Source of the DNA: Podarcis cretensis
Lineage: Eukaryota
DNA: 64,000 bases
Reading direction: 5' to 3'
Assembly: GCA_951804945.1 (NCBI GenBank)
Contig: OX638160.1
Location: 23,560,001-23,624,000, forward strand
Positions 41,263-53,600 of this stretch are shown in pieces. How positions within the stretch are numbered: the stretch's first letter is position 1; each line of letters opens with the position of its first letter. Below the pieces are notes generated by a model. It was not told the DNA's origin. It did no database searches and saw only the letters and a list, made by a program, of their open reading frames with translations. The translations under genes and the position numbers were made by a program.

Positions 41263-41616
41263 AGGGACGCAGGTGGCACTGTGGGTTAAACCACAGAGCC
41301 TAGGACTTGCTGATCAGAAGGTTGGCGGTTCAAATCCCCACAATGGGGTGAGCTCCCGTTGCTCAGTCCCTGCTCTTGCCAACCTAGCAGTTCGAAAGCA
41401 CGTCAAAGTGCAAGTAGATAAATAGGTACTGCTCCGGCAGGAAGGTAAACGGCGTTTCCGTGCGCTGCTCTGGTTCGCCAGAAGCAGCTTAGTCATGCTG
41501 GCCACATGACCCAGAAGCCGTACGCCGGCTCCCTCAGCCAATAAAGCAAGATGAGCACCGCAACCCCAGAGTCGGTCACAACTGGACCTAATGGTCAGGG
41601 GTCCCTTTACCTTTAC
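41263..41616 (+). mobile_element. Sauria SINE, full length
   Basis: gggacgcaggtggcactgtgggttaaacc head, same core and tail; TSD tatccactctaca at 41250-41262 and 41617-41629. Confidence 0.93.
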
Positions 41617-44600
41617 TATCCACTCTACAGGGACCTAGTATGCCTACAGAATTTGTTAACTTCTGTCAAAAGTGGGGGGGAGTGTCTCTCTTTTTTTGCC
41701 CATTAATGAATGAAGGGAGAAACATGTGGACTAAGACAAACCTACAGAGCTTCTTGAACCAAGGCTGGCTGTTTCCTATAGTATCAAATCTTGTGGTCTA
41801 AATGTGCATGCAGACACACACAACATACACGCACCAAAAAGACCGGATTCAGTCAAGTATGGTAAAGAAAGAAAATTCTACTAATTTCAAAAGGCATTTA
41901 CAGCCAAATGAGTTTATAACCGACACTTGCACAATTCTGGGTGCAATCCACATCCTATTGAAATCAAAGACAGAACTACCATTGTTTCCAGTTACACAAA
42001 TTGCATTTTTTTGTGTTACAAATAAAAACATTGTATAAAAACAGCCTTGCAGAGCAGACTGCCAAATTTAACAACAACATGTAGGTGTCACTATAAAAAC
42101 ACTATCCAAAAACATAAGGAGAGTCATTTTTACACTCAAAAGTATGTCCATTTCTAATCAGTACTCTTGTTATCTAATATACCACAACAGAGGATATGTG
42201 CAGCATTATCACAGAAGAAAACATATTAGCCCAAAGATGCAGTCTCATCTTGAACCTGAATTCTTGTTTAACAATGGCTGCACTCACACATAATAAGCCA
42301 AGAACTGTGGCTAAACAACCCATGTTGCATGTGCCCAGTTACTTCTGTTTCACTCCATGCTTCCTGCGAGTGCAAAACCCGAGAAAAGGAGAGTTAACAT
42401 TATATCCAAACCCAGGATCATTAAACCTTGGCTTAAAATTGACTTAAGTTTGGTTCAAGATACTTGGTTTACAGACCTGGCTTGTTAGGGAGAAACAACC
42501 CACGATCCCAGGTTTGGAAGTAATGCTAAGTTAACCCTTCCTAGTTTGTTTACTTGCTCATGCAAAAGAAGAAACTAAGTGACAGCAATCAGCCTGCATG
42601 CACTAGCATAAACCTCCTGCACAGTATGGTGTATAAGCCAAGGTTTTTAGCTTACAATTATATGTTAAATGTGGCCACTGAATCACTGGCACTTGAAGGC
42701 GTTCACCCTTATGTGCCTGATCTTTTCCATGACTCCTCTCTAGTTTCACACTTTGCTGGAGATAAAGCCTCCCCCAATTAGACCCAAATCTGAAGTCTAA
42801 AGTTAAATAATCCATTTGACCTTGCATACCTAAGCTCCTGTTTGTGCTTCTCAGCCTGCCATCTCTTGTGACCTGCCTCCTGTTATGCCTTTTACTCTTT
42901 CCACAGTTCCTGCTCCCAGTCCTTCTGAATAATCTACCCAGCTGTGACCTTGGCTACTATCAGTTGTGATGTTGGTTCTTCTTTTGCATGTATGGTATAA
43001 ACTGACTGCACTGTCTCTCTTCTGACTCCTGAGGTCTGGTTCCTCTTTATGCTTTGTGCCTTAGACTTTTTTCACGGTTCCTGATCCCTCTCTTGTCTGG
43101 CTCTCATTCCATGGCTCCTCAAAACCTGCTGTTTGTAGACTCTGCATATCCATCCAAAGCTCTAATTCTGCAGCAACAAGCTTATCAGGTGTAAACCCAA
43201 TGAAAACACCCATCCCTACAACAAAGTGCTCACCAACTGAAGCACTCTGTACTCATTCCCATGGGCATTTGGGCCAAAAGTGTAATTTCCCCCATATTGG
43301 GAAGTGTGCCAGGGACAGTCCCTTCTGGTCTTAAATGGCCCAAGAGGAAGATGAGATATTTCAGATTCCAAGAAAGACTGCAGAAGCAGCAGGAGGGGAC
43401 AAGTGAAAGAAATACAATAGAAAACACCCATGTACTGCTCCAGAGAAGAAGGAAATTAATCATTTTACAGTCCTTATCGTGTCTATCTACTCAGGCAATG
43501 TGAATAGCCCTGCACACCTGTGCAGTCCCATCCTGATTAATGAAACTTAAGAAGTCAAATCTATACTCAAGTACATATTATTATCCCTGACATTTATTTA
43601 TATAGCACCATCAATGCACATGGCTCTTTAAACAATTAAAGTGAGAAATTCTGGAGCTCAAAACAGGTATATGTACTCAAAACTGCCTTCCATCAGCATT
43701 TGCCAATGCTGGTTATACCTTTTATACTTGCTCTTAAGCCTCAACAATTTGCCCTCACATAATTTATGATGAAATGCTACATATGTGGAAGTCTCTCTAA
43801 ATCCATGTGTCACAGGCATGACTGAGCTTAGGAATTAATATTGCAGAGACCACTGTGCAAACAGATCAACTAGCCCAAGGCTTTATATAGTCCAGAATTC
43901 AACTGCATCATAAAACTAAATACCCTGAATATGTGCACAAGCAGAGAGCATGTAACAAAACAAAGTTGGAACAGCTGATCGTATAGAATTCTACTTGAGA
44001 ATTCATTAGTGCATCAGATCAGCACTATATCTCTGGATAGCTTGAGTTATACAGCACACTATGATCTTATGTGTATTTACTTGGAAGTTAAATTGCATGG
44101 ATTAAACTGGGTTTATTTCCAGATATGTATGCATGAGACGGGGCCTTAGATACACTTTGCAGTGTAGGCTGAAGCTCCCAACCAACCACAGCTGCAGTGG
44201 CTCCTGCATCTGAATTAATAAAAATCTTGGGTGTATTGGGAATGTTTTCCAAAACAGAGCCGAATATTTCTATCACCTAATTAGCCAAAGTGATTTCAGA
44301 AATTTTTGGAAATGGTGTTGTCAGCATGTCCAAAAAGATGGAATAAACCTCATGATGCCTCTAACCAGAACAAAAAAGAAAATACAGGGTCTCTCTTAAT
44401 ACATAAGTTGTGCAAAAGTAACTGGCTTTCTTAAAGCAAATTTCCATGCTAGCAGCCCTCTCCTTTCCTTATCTAGAAGAAAATGTTTATGTCCTACTCC
44501 ATTTACTCCTCAGTGTTAGGACACCATCAGACGCCATGCTTAGTCTCTGTGTCCTAGGCTGCCATTACATAAACAAAGAGGGTTAGTTACTTTAGAGGAA

Positions 44601-47320
44601 GGGGATACTTATTTCTGTACTGTTCACATACTTTGCATGTATAAGTACATTCCCCACAAGGAGAACCAATTCAAATGGAATAACTATTCAGGTGAAGATT
44701 GCTCTGGTTTTCCTTTTTAAGGTGTCATCTCACGTTATTTCTGCAGCTCTACAAAAGTCTCCCACAATTTCAGATTCCTTTACTTAACATGCTGTCACTG
44801 AAGATTGGAGCACTAAAGGAATGACAGCTGTTTCTCGCTACTGTCCTGCTGCACAGTCACCTGGCTTCTAGGTCCCCTGGGGAAATAGCAGCTACTACAG
44901 GAAGAGGGGGGCCCTAAGCTGTTTCTTTTCCACGGATGTCTAGCTCCCTCCAACAGGTTTATTGGTACACATGAAATCAATAATAGAAGTTTGGGAGTGA
45001 AGTTTTCCCAGGTAAAGCTTTCCTGAAATATAAAGGAAATAGTACTTTGATTTTCCCACAGTATATTAATAGTATTTAATTTAATTTCCATAGAGAGAGC
45101 CAAGCCTTATTGCAAATAACTTTTAGGACCCTAGTGCAGACCCAAACAATGATATAACAAAACAGACATTTGCAGCTATTTTTCAGATAATGTAAATTAT
45201 ATGTGCATTTACTTGGGAGTAAACCCCACTGAACTAAATGGGATTTACTCTGAGAAAACATGCACAGGATCAAGCTTTCTGGTGCTTTTTCTGAATCAAA
45301 TTACACACCTAGAGTGCAACTGTGATTTAAAAGCAAAACAAGTACACTAATCAATATTAGTCTCACATGAGTACTTTTGTACTGTAACTCCTCCTATAAG
45401 TCTCCCTATTCCACTTTCAATTTCTTACTTACTTCCTATTTCCCATTCTCAGACTATGTCTTAAAGATTTTGCAAACTCATAACCACATCAACAGAAGAA
45501 AAAGCTGGGTTAGCTGCATGTGTGGGAAACTGAATAAGAGCACAGATGCCACAGTCTCTCACTTTCATTAAAAACTGAGACTTACTATAAATATAGATAT
45601 CAATTTCAGTTTACAGAGTACAGAGGATTCCACAAACAATATACTGTAGGGTGCACGTAAACTAAGGTTTTTCTGCAATCCAATAGTCATGCTGAAAAGG
45701 GATGGGGCACATCTGCACCACTTTGTAATAGGTCACCATCTGCGGCCCATTTCCTGGTTGCTCACATGAAATCTCATACCTCTAAACACGCATAAGCTTT
45801 TGTGAAATGAGAGGGGAGCTGAAGTTTCACATTGCCCCTTGACTTGGACAATGTCCCATCCCTCCTCTTTCTCTAGCACATGCATCTATTCACCCAGACA
45901 CCTTGACCCCTTTTTCAATGCACTGAATCAAACACACAGGTACACAGTTGCAATTCTAAAGATTTGGCATTTGCTGTAACAAATAATAGTAAGCCCAGAC
46001 CTGAAATTCTAGAAAAAGTACATGCATGCACACTGGAAACATAAAAAGATTAGTTCCAAGGTGTCACCCTTCGGGTGGAAGAGAATTCCTGAAGATTTTC
46101 ATGATAGACAAGTTCACATGAAGGAATGACAGTTTATTCCATTCTCCAGTGCTCTTTCTGACTAGTCACAAACTATGTAGCCCTGCAGCCACCTCTCACA
46201 AATAGGATTAAAAAACAATCTGGATCAGCTGGATCTTTTGTACTATCATGCATGTACTCGCATACTCTAAGTTACGACCGCAACAGTAACATATTCCAGA
46301 CGTAAAGGAAACTCATACAGCTCATCAGAGACAAGCAGAGACACACTGTGCTCATTATAGCAAGCAAAACAGCAACACAGCCACTCAGCTGGGCACCAGC
46401 CAACTGCTCTCCCTCCACTAATCCAAACAAATCTACCATCAAAGGATAAGTCAGTAAACGGTGCCCCTTTCCTCCCCTCCCCCAACACTCTCCTACCACA
46501 AACAGGAAGTCTCCTCATTCAGCAGACACCATCCAGCCAAAGGACGCTCCGGCAGAGGCAGTCGGGAGGAAAGGGGCAGTCACATGACAGCTAACTCTCT
46601 CCCTTTGACAAACACGTTTTCTGGCTTCTTACCTAGGTTTAGGAGACAGGAGGAGGAGCAAGACTTTTCGAGGACGTGCCAAAAAGTGCAAAGGGATACC
46701 GACGTAGCAGGCAGGGGCAATTTTGCTAAAAGCAAAAAAGCGCACGTTGCCCATCCTCTCTTAAGCTCACGTCGAAGTGTTTTGATACTGCTCCGTACCT
46801 TTCCCTTCCTGCCTACTTTCACTACTAAGGGCGGAGGAAGGAAGGAAGGGCAGGCACTCACACAGGATGAGGAAGTAACGACTAGGGCGACACACGCAAC
46901 TTACTCGTTCACACACAAGGATAGCACACCTTGTTTCTGACATTGCTGGCCACCCCTCCTCCAAAAGCACATGCCCGGCCGCCCTCAGCATCTTTGGAGG
47001 GGGGTCCACCCATCTCCCTTTTCCTAAAACGGGCCCGCCTCCTTGAGTTTTAAGCATCCACGAACACAGCCAGCAACAGAGTTAAGAGGAGGCAGGGGGA
47101 CGGGGGGAAGGCGACCCACGCCTGCAAGCAAGGAGGGGAAAGACGTGGATGGCGCACTCCATAAAGTGGTGACTTGTGACGCGTGTGTGAGAGACAGAGA
47201 AGAGACATGGCGGGGGGGGGGGGAGGAAAAAGAGACGCCTCCGAAAGCAGCCCCCCGGCCCTCTCTCTCTCGGTGTCTTTACCCCCCACCCCACCACCGA
47301 AGCAGGCCCGTCTCACTCAC

Positions 47321-47489
47321 CTTGATGCACTGCGACATTGCAGCCATGCCCGTCGCAGTAAACCAGCGGATTCTCGGCCCAGCCCCTCTCGTCGGAGCAA
47401 ACGCAGCAGCCGCCGATCATCTCCTTCATACTATTGGAGAACTCGCCCTCCAGTGACACAGGCAGCAACAGCGGCTCGCTAGAGACCAT
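47321..47489 (-). CDS. MLLT10: MLLT10/AF10 first coding exon (N-terminus and start of PHD1)
   Basis: Manual translation gives MVSSEPLLLPVSLEGEFSNSMKEMIGGCCVCSDERGWAENPLVYCDGHGCNVAVHQ(G). This is the AF10 N-terminus; the MVSS..VSLE extension separates it from the paralog AF17/MLLT6. Acceptor-like ttttaacccttag lies directly before the ATG; donor CAAG|GTGAGT; 169 nt, ends in phase 1. Confidence 0.97.
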
Positions 47490-47653
47490 CTAAGGGTTAA
47501 AAACACCGTCAGCACGACACCCCCCGGCACCGGAGAGACCCCGGCCGCCGCCGCCTCAGTTCTTGCCCCGCAGCACTCCGCCTTCAGTCGCTCAGCCACC
47601 GCCGCCGCCAGTACCGCCTCCATAGCAGGGACGTGGGACCCATGGCCGCTGGT

Positions 47654-47691
47654 GGCGGCGGCGGCGGCGGCAGCAGCAGCAACAGCAACAG
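47654..47691. repeat. Compound (GGC)n(AGC)n trinucleotide tract in the MLLT10 5' region
   Basis: ggcggcggcggcggcggcagcagcagcaacagcaacag read directly. Confidence 0.85.
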
Positions 47692-50600
47692 CCGAGCGGC
47701 GGATAAGGGGCTCCTTCCAAGTTCCTCGCTGGGCGCCGGCTCGGCCGGGCAGGTACCCAGTCCGTCTTGGGAGATCTCCAGCAAGGAATGAAGGGCTTGC
47801 TGGCAGCGGCAACAGTCCTGCGAGCCGCACGGACTGGGGGGGGGGGCGTAGAGAGAGAGAGAAGGCGAGGGAGAGAGAGAGACAGCAACGCGAAAAAGGC
47901 AACAGAAGCAGGGGCCTGCTGCACGCAGGCGCACTGCGACGCCTCCTCGGCGAAGGCCCCGCGACGCGGCAGCAGCAGCAGCAGCCTTCGCTCTCTCGCT
48001 TTTCCTCCTCCTTTTCCCCCGCGGTGGCTCATGGGCCGACAGCAGAACACGAGCTCGCTGGGCGAAGTTCTGCCTCGCGCGCTGCCCTGCTGGCTCTCAA
48101 CCGTTTTGGTTTTTTTTGAGCGGGTGCCCAGTGAGAGCGTGCGCGTGACGGGGGCGGTCGAGGTGGGGGGGTGGTGTCCCCTGGGGCGGAGGGCCAAGTG
48201 ACAAATATACACTCCCGCTGCCGGGCTCCTCCTGCCTTGAGGGACTCGTGCTCTTGTGTGTGGTGCGAGTGCCAAACTAGGCCCGTGCGCCTCCTCTCTT
48301 ACACGTGTTAACTTATCATACAACGACGGCATCACACACTCTTCTGTTCCCGAGGGATCCCAGCGCCGCCCCCGCGCGCGTGTTTTTCGTCAGTCTCTCT
48401 TTATTTCCCTCAGGCCGCTGTGACACCTTGAGGAGCAGCGGGATTTATACTTTCCCGCTCCTCGCTCCGTCACACGCACCGCATCCTCTCGTGTGTTTAC
48501 GAGGCCAGGCAGCTGAAACAGCTGGGCAGAGTCAGAAGCCTGAGTGAAACAAAAACGATTGCGATCACCTAGAAATTTGATCAGTTTGGGATGGCGGGGG
48601 GGGGGGGGAGTGTACGCACACATGCGACCTGCATTTCTTCTGCAACAGGCTCTTCTTCTTTTGCATTTCAAGGGATGTTGAATTCCGTTTCTCTGTTCTT
48701 GGCTGATGCGGCGGGATTCCTCTCCCACCCTGATGATCCCAAACTCCTGGAACAGGAATTCCTTTCAGGGGCACTTCCTTCCTGCTTTAAGGGTCCCCAG
48801 CCTCAATTTCGGATTGCTAGCTAATCCTTCCAAAATTCCCCCTCTTGTTTGAATGTGCTGCATTTCCAATATATATCGTGTCTATGAACAACAGTGGGCA
48901 CCGTGGCATCTAAAAATACTATTTTATGGTGACAAACTTTCCCAAGTACTCTCTGGAATTCTTTGTTTTTATAGAAACAGCGTCTTAATCTCTCTGTGTG
49001 CACATACATACTACTTAGTCAGACTCTATTACCCTAGTTGCTATAAAACACGGGTAATATAGCTATATCCCTTTGGAATTCGGTTTCTCTTGCATCACTT
49101 TAGCTGCAAGGGCAGAACTGATACATTTCCACTTTTCTGTTTGGCTAACCTAGAGACCACTGCACAAATCCTGCAGAAATGCTCATGTTCTCCTTACCTT
49201 CATCCTGGCCTCGCCATATCTTTTAGTACCATGCATGCAGAGGTCTTTCTGCATGGCTGTTAAAACTAGAACTGAGCAGACAACACAACCAGGGAAAAGA
49301 CAGGCTGCCTTATCCCTCTAGAAATATGCACATCCCCCTAAACTTAGATGTTTTTGTTATCTAGATTAATTTAAAAGGACATGTTTTCCAGATTTTGATC
49401 AATGATTGTTGGGTTTGCTTTTATATATTTCAAAAAGCAGAGTAAAAAACGAGATGGTTCAGGTTATCAGAATCCCAAGCTTTTCAATTATCCACTATAA
49501 GCAGGTAGAACTGTAGCAGAAGGAACTAATTGTGGCTACTGTTAAGACTGAAAGGAGATTAAATGCAGCTTTGCAAAATTCTCCTCCTCCACTAGCCCCA
49601 GGGCTGCTACTTTTGTGAAGGAGAAGGTGAAGGGAAAGCCTTACAAGTAAAATACCATTGATTTTTCCCTATTATCATGCTAAAGTGACTTTATGCATAG
49701 ACTGGTAAAATTGTATGATTTTGCAAGACTGCATTATTGCCTGACATGAAGACAATTTAAATCAAGTGTACAGTATTAAACCATCTGTATTGTCCTAAGT
49801 GTGTGTATGTGTGTGTTTTAGAAGTTGTGAAATAAAGAACAGTTTAACACATCTGCAGATATGTGGGCTTGTGAAGAGCTGCTGTTTAAAGAGAGAGGAG
49901 ATGTGCATAACTATTCTCCTTTGGGATATCAGAGCCTGCAGTTTATGAGAGGGATATCTTGGGTCAGTTTTTGCTGTCCTTTAAAGTCTGAAGTGAAATT
50001 TTCTAGATAGAGGAGGAAGGACAGGGAGAGGGAGTGGTGAGTGTCATTTCCTACAGAAGGCATAGCTGAGCACTTTGATTAACATAACAGGGTCATTGGA
50101 GTGTTTGTGATCTGCCAAATATTCATCTGTATGCTGCATGGCAATATCCCCCCAAAGTCCAGTTTTAGCATTTTGAGGCAATAACTTTTGACATACCATA
50201 CAAAAATGCTTCACAAAGTGCCTGTATTTCCATGTGCCTGCTACAGCAAAGAAAAAATATGTAGAATGGAGAGTGATATTTAAAATCCTAGAGCCTAAGT
50301 ACAAAAACATGTATTGTCTTTCAATCATGTGTATTATCTTTCAGTCCTTCAAAGATATGGAAATTAGAACTATATTGTGTAATTTATTAATTTCCTTATG
50401 TTCTGAAAGCTACATTATTATTTAAATAAAATTATTTAAAGGATTAGATTCCACTTTAATAACTGTGTTCCTATCAAACCAAACTACTGTTTTAACTAAT
50501 TCAGACTTTAAAACCATACATGCTTACTTGGAAGTAAGCCCTACTGAACACAGTGGGACTTATTGTAAGAAAAAAAAATATAGGATTGCAATGTCAACTC

Positions 50601-53600
50601 TATTGACCCATATACACCTAAATTATTCAAAAATTAGCCTGTTCCTATGCATATTTACTCATGAGTAAGCCTCACTGTATTAAATGGGTCTTCCTTGAAA
50701 GTGTAGATAGGGTTGCAGCTTTAAATGAGTTGTGGATCTGAGTGAAGAGTATTTCAAAGCTATTTTTGCTTATTTCAGGAAAATGATATCTAAGTTCTAA
50801 AAAGTATTCCCAGTGATATTAACCCCAGCATTAGAACTGTGGCCTAAATTGAACTCTAGTTTGTAGACAGTTTGTTGCTACCTTACAGACTAATTTAATT
50901 CTTGTTTCTTCATTGCCCTTTTCATTGGAAATTTCCCATACACACTATATGCCTTTTAATGGAGACCAAATAAAATGTTTTATTTAAACATAAATCATTC
51001 CTCATATTTATTCTTTTTTAATGGAGACCAAAAGAACTAAATAGATACCAACCACTTCACTACAAAGTAGACCCAGAGTGACTGAAGCAGCATTATTCAA
51101 CAAGTCAGTCTGCATCTACTAGGAGCTATTGTGGGAGACTGAATAAATACAGATAGGTGCACTGACAGATGGAGTTGGACTTTAAGGTAGCAAAGGGAGG
51201 GTGAATGTCAGGGATGCTGAGGACTTGGAAATTTCAGAATTAAGTAGCACCAAGGTTCTGCTGTTTAGCAAAGCATACAATGGACAAGAAACCTAAGGGA
51301 TACAGTACTCTGGAAAAGTACATTGTAATAAAATTGCAGCCTATGTTTCCTTCCAGTTTGTAAAAGCTTTGGACGTATTTTTACTTTTGAACACTATTAA
51401 GCTTCATATAGTTCTACAGTTCATTTTTCACATTCAGTATTATTTAAAATTTGGCCCTTCCTAGAATGTAGAGCAATGCCAACTGAAAATCATGCTAAAA
51501 GAACTGCCCAAACTAAAATGTATATGTTAGAAATGTATTTTGCAAAACCTTTGGATGCATTTTAAACAAATCTCTCTTTTTTAAAGTATATATGCTGTAT
51601 ATTAACAGAATGATCAACATAAAACTTTGATTTTGGCACAAAAACTCCCAGGGTAAATTGTATTGCACTATAATAATACATTAAACTTCATTTTAAATTG
51701 ATTGTACTAACTTTAGTTTCATTTAAGGAATTGAAATATATAGACTGAAAGAGGGACTATGATCCTATTTTAAAACATTGCAGGGAACTTGATGACAAAA
51801 TGTAGATAGCCTCTTGGTGGTTTTGTAAAACAATGCATTTGGAAAGAACCATTGAAATGCAAAATAGGAAGAGAAAGGCTTTACGACAATGTACTACACA
51901 CATAGTAAGCCATTAACATCCATATGATATGAATGTGGAAACCTTTTGCATCCTATTCCTAAGCACACTACTTGAGGCAAGTTTGAAATCAATGAGATTT
52001 ACTTTCAAGTTACAGTTTTTAAGTTGGGGTGTTAGGGTGTGTTTTCAGGAATAGATGTAAAGGCTGATGATAGGGGGAAATGTTTTTGAATTCACAGCTT
52101 TTTCAGACCCAGAGATAGAAATATGCCTATTAGAAAAGGAAAACAGGCAAAAATTGAATTACTCTGTATTTCAAATTGGTAGTTTTTTAAAAGATACAAT
52201 GTAGACAACAAATCAATCCACATATTTTAAAGGTACATGTAATTTTCTACTATTTTATAACTTTATTTGTTTTAAGCTGCAATCCTATACACACTTACCT
52301 GGGAGTAGGTGGCATTGAACTCCATAGGATGTACTTCTAGGATTTCATGTTATTTACTTTTATTTTAAATAGGAAACAGACTTTTAAATGTTAGGTGGGG
52401 GGGGGGAAAGTAATTTACAAAAACTTTTTCAGCACTTTTAACGTCCTGTATCACCTAAATATTTAAAAATATTTTAAAAACAAGTAGCATCAACCTAAAG
52501 TTCCAATTTCCTGAAATGCCCTTTATGTTTTGCATGTGGCTAATAATTCTAAACATGGATTCAGTAACACATCCTGGGCTTGTTGAGCAAAAGAGCCTGT
52601 ATTACTTAATCACCTCTTTGTCACAATTAAATCAGGTGTAATTTTCTTATTACTCAATAAGAACGAGCATGTGAGATAAAATAGATATATAAAAGCAAAA
52701 CCAAAAAAATCTCTTCAAACCCAAACATGTCTTTTTCATCCTATGTTGAAAACAATTAGGAGGGAAGGAGGGATAAATGGAGGAGGAATAGAAGAGTTGT
52801 GTCAGGGCTGTTTGTTTTTGAAGAGTGAGGGTAGGAATAGATGCTTGCCTAAAGCCATTAACAACATGTTAAGATTTTAAAACTGAATCTTTGTCCAAAC
52901 TTAAATTTTATACTTTACCCAAGCACAAGCTATAATATTCATAAAATAATGTGCCTTTTAAAAGTTCTGATAAAAAAACTTGATATTAAGTATCTTCTTA
53001 TTTGTGTTTATTTTTTTTTAAAGCACACTTTCTTTACCTTCTTTGCTTGCTGAACTTGAATATAGCATTAATTTAAATGTTAATGCTGCTATTTGTTTAA
53101 TCCTAGGAAATGAAAGCATAATGGTCAGTCCAGTGTGGAGTGCGACACTTGTGATTTGACCCATACACACTACTGCTATACAGTATTTAAAACTATAAGG
53201 TATAGTGGTCTGAATTCAGCAAATTATTTGCCCTTGCTCAGTTATGAAGAGCATAACATTTTGTCCATGTTTTTTTACTCCCTATGTTAATCCTGTTGTG
53301 TTCAGTACTTCAGTCCTAAAATCTACTTTCCAATTGGTTTAAACAGAACTTACTTTAAACAAAATGTGCTTGTAGAGTTTCTGAGTAAAGCTACACCAGT
53401 AAAAACATATATATTTTTATTTTGTGTGTGTGTATGTACACATAACCGCAGGAATACTTTGCAGCAATATAAATACCAGCTTATATGCAGTTCACCTTTC
53501 ATCTGCATTTTTTAATGTATTTACACATTTTCCAATTTGTACATACAAGTTTTAAGTCAGTTGTGTGCTGACCAAACTACCTATTAATGTAAGTATAACT

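Larger units (their letters stand above)
46500..48750. promoter_or_regulatory. MLLT10: CpG island / MLLT10 promoter and 5' UTR
   Basis: Sharp rise in GC and CpG content around the first coding exon, with (GCC)n, (GCA)n and GA-rich tracts. Boundaries are approximate and the TSS cannot be fixed from sequence. Confidence 0.85.

Noticed and set aside
47321-47429. Assignment to the paralog MLLT6 (AF17)
   Set aside because: The MVSS..VSLE extension, the KKSKR..SNRSYDQSLSDSSSHSQDK exon and the long introns fit MLLT10.
47592-48335. 247-aa minus-strand ORF and overlapping ORFs in the MLLT10 promoter
   Set aside because: GC-rich trinucleotide-repeat sequence open in several frames; ends before the MLLT10 ATG and has no recognisable domain.
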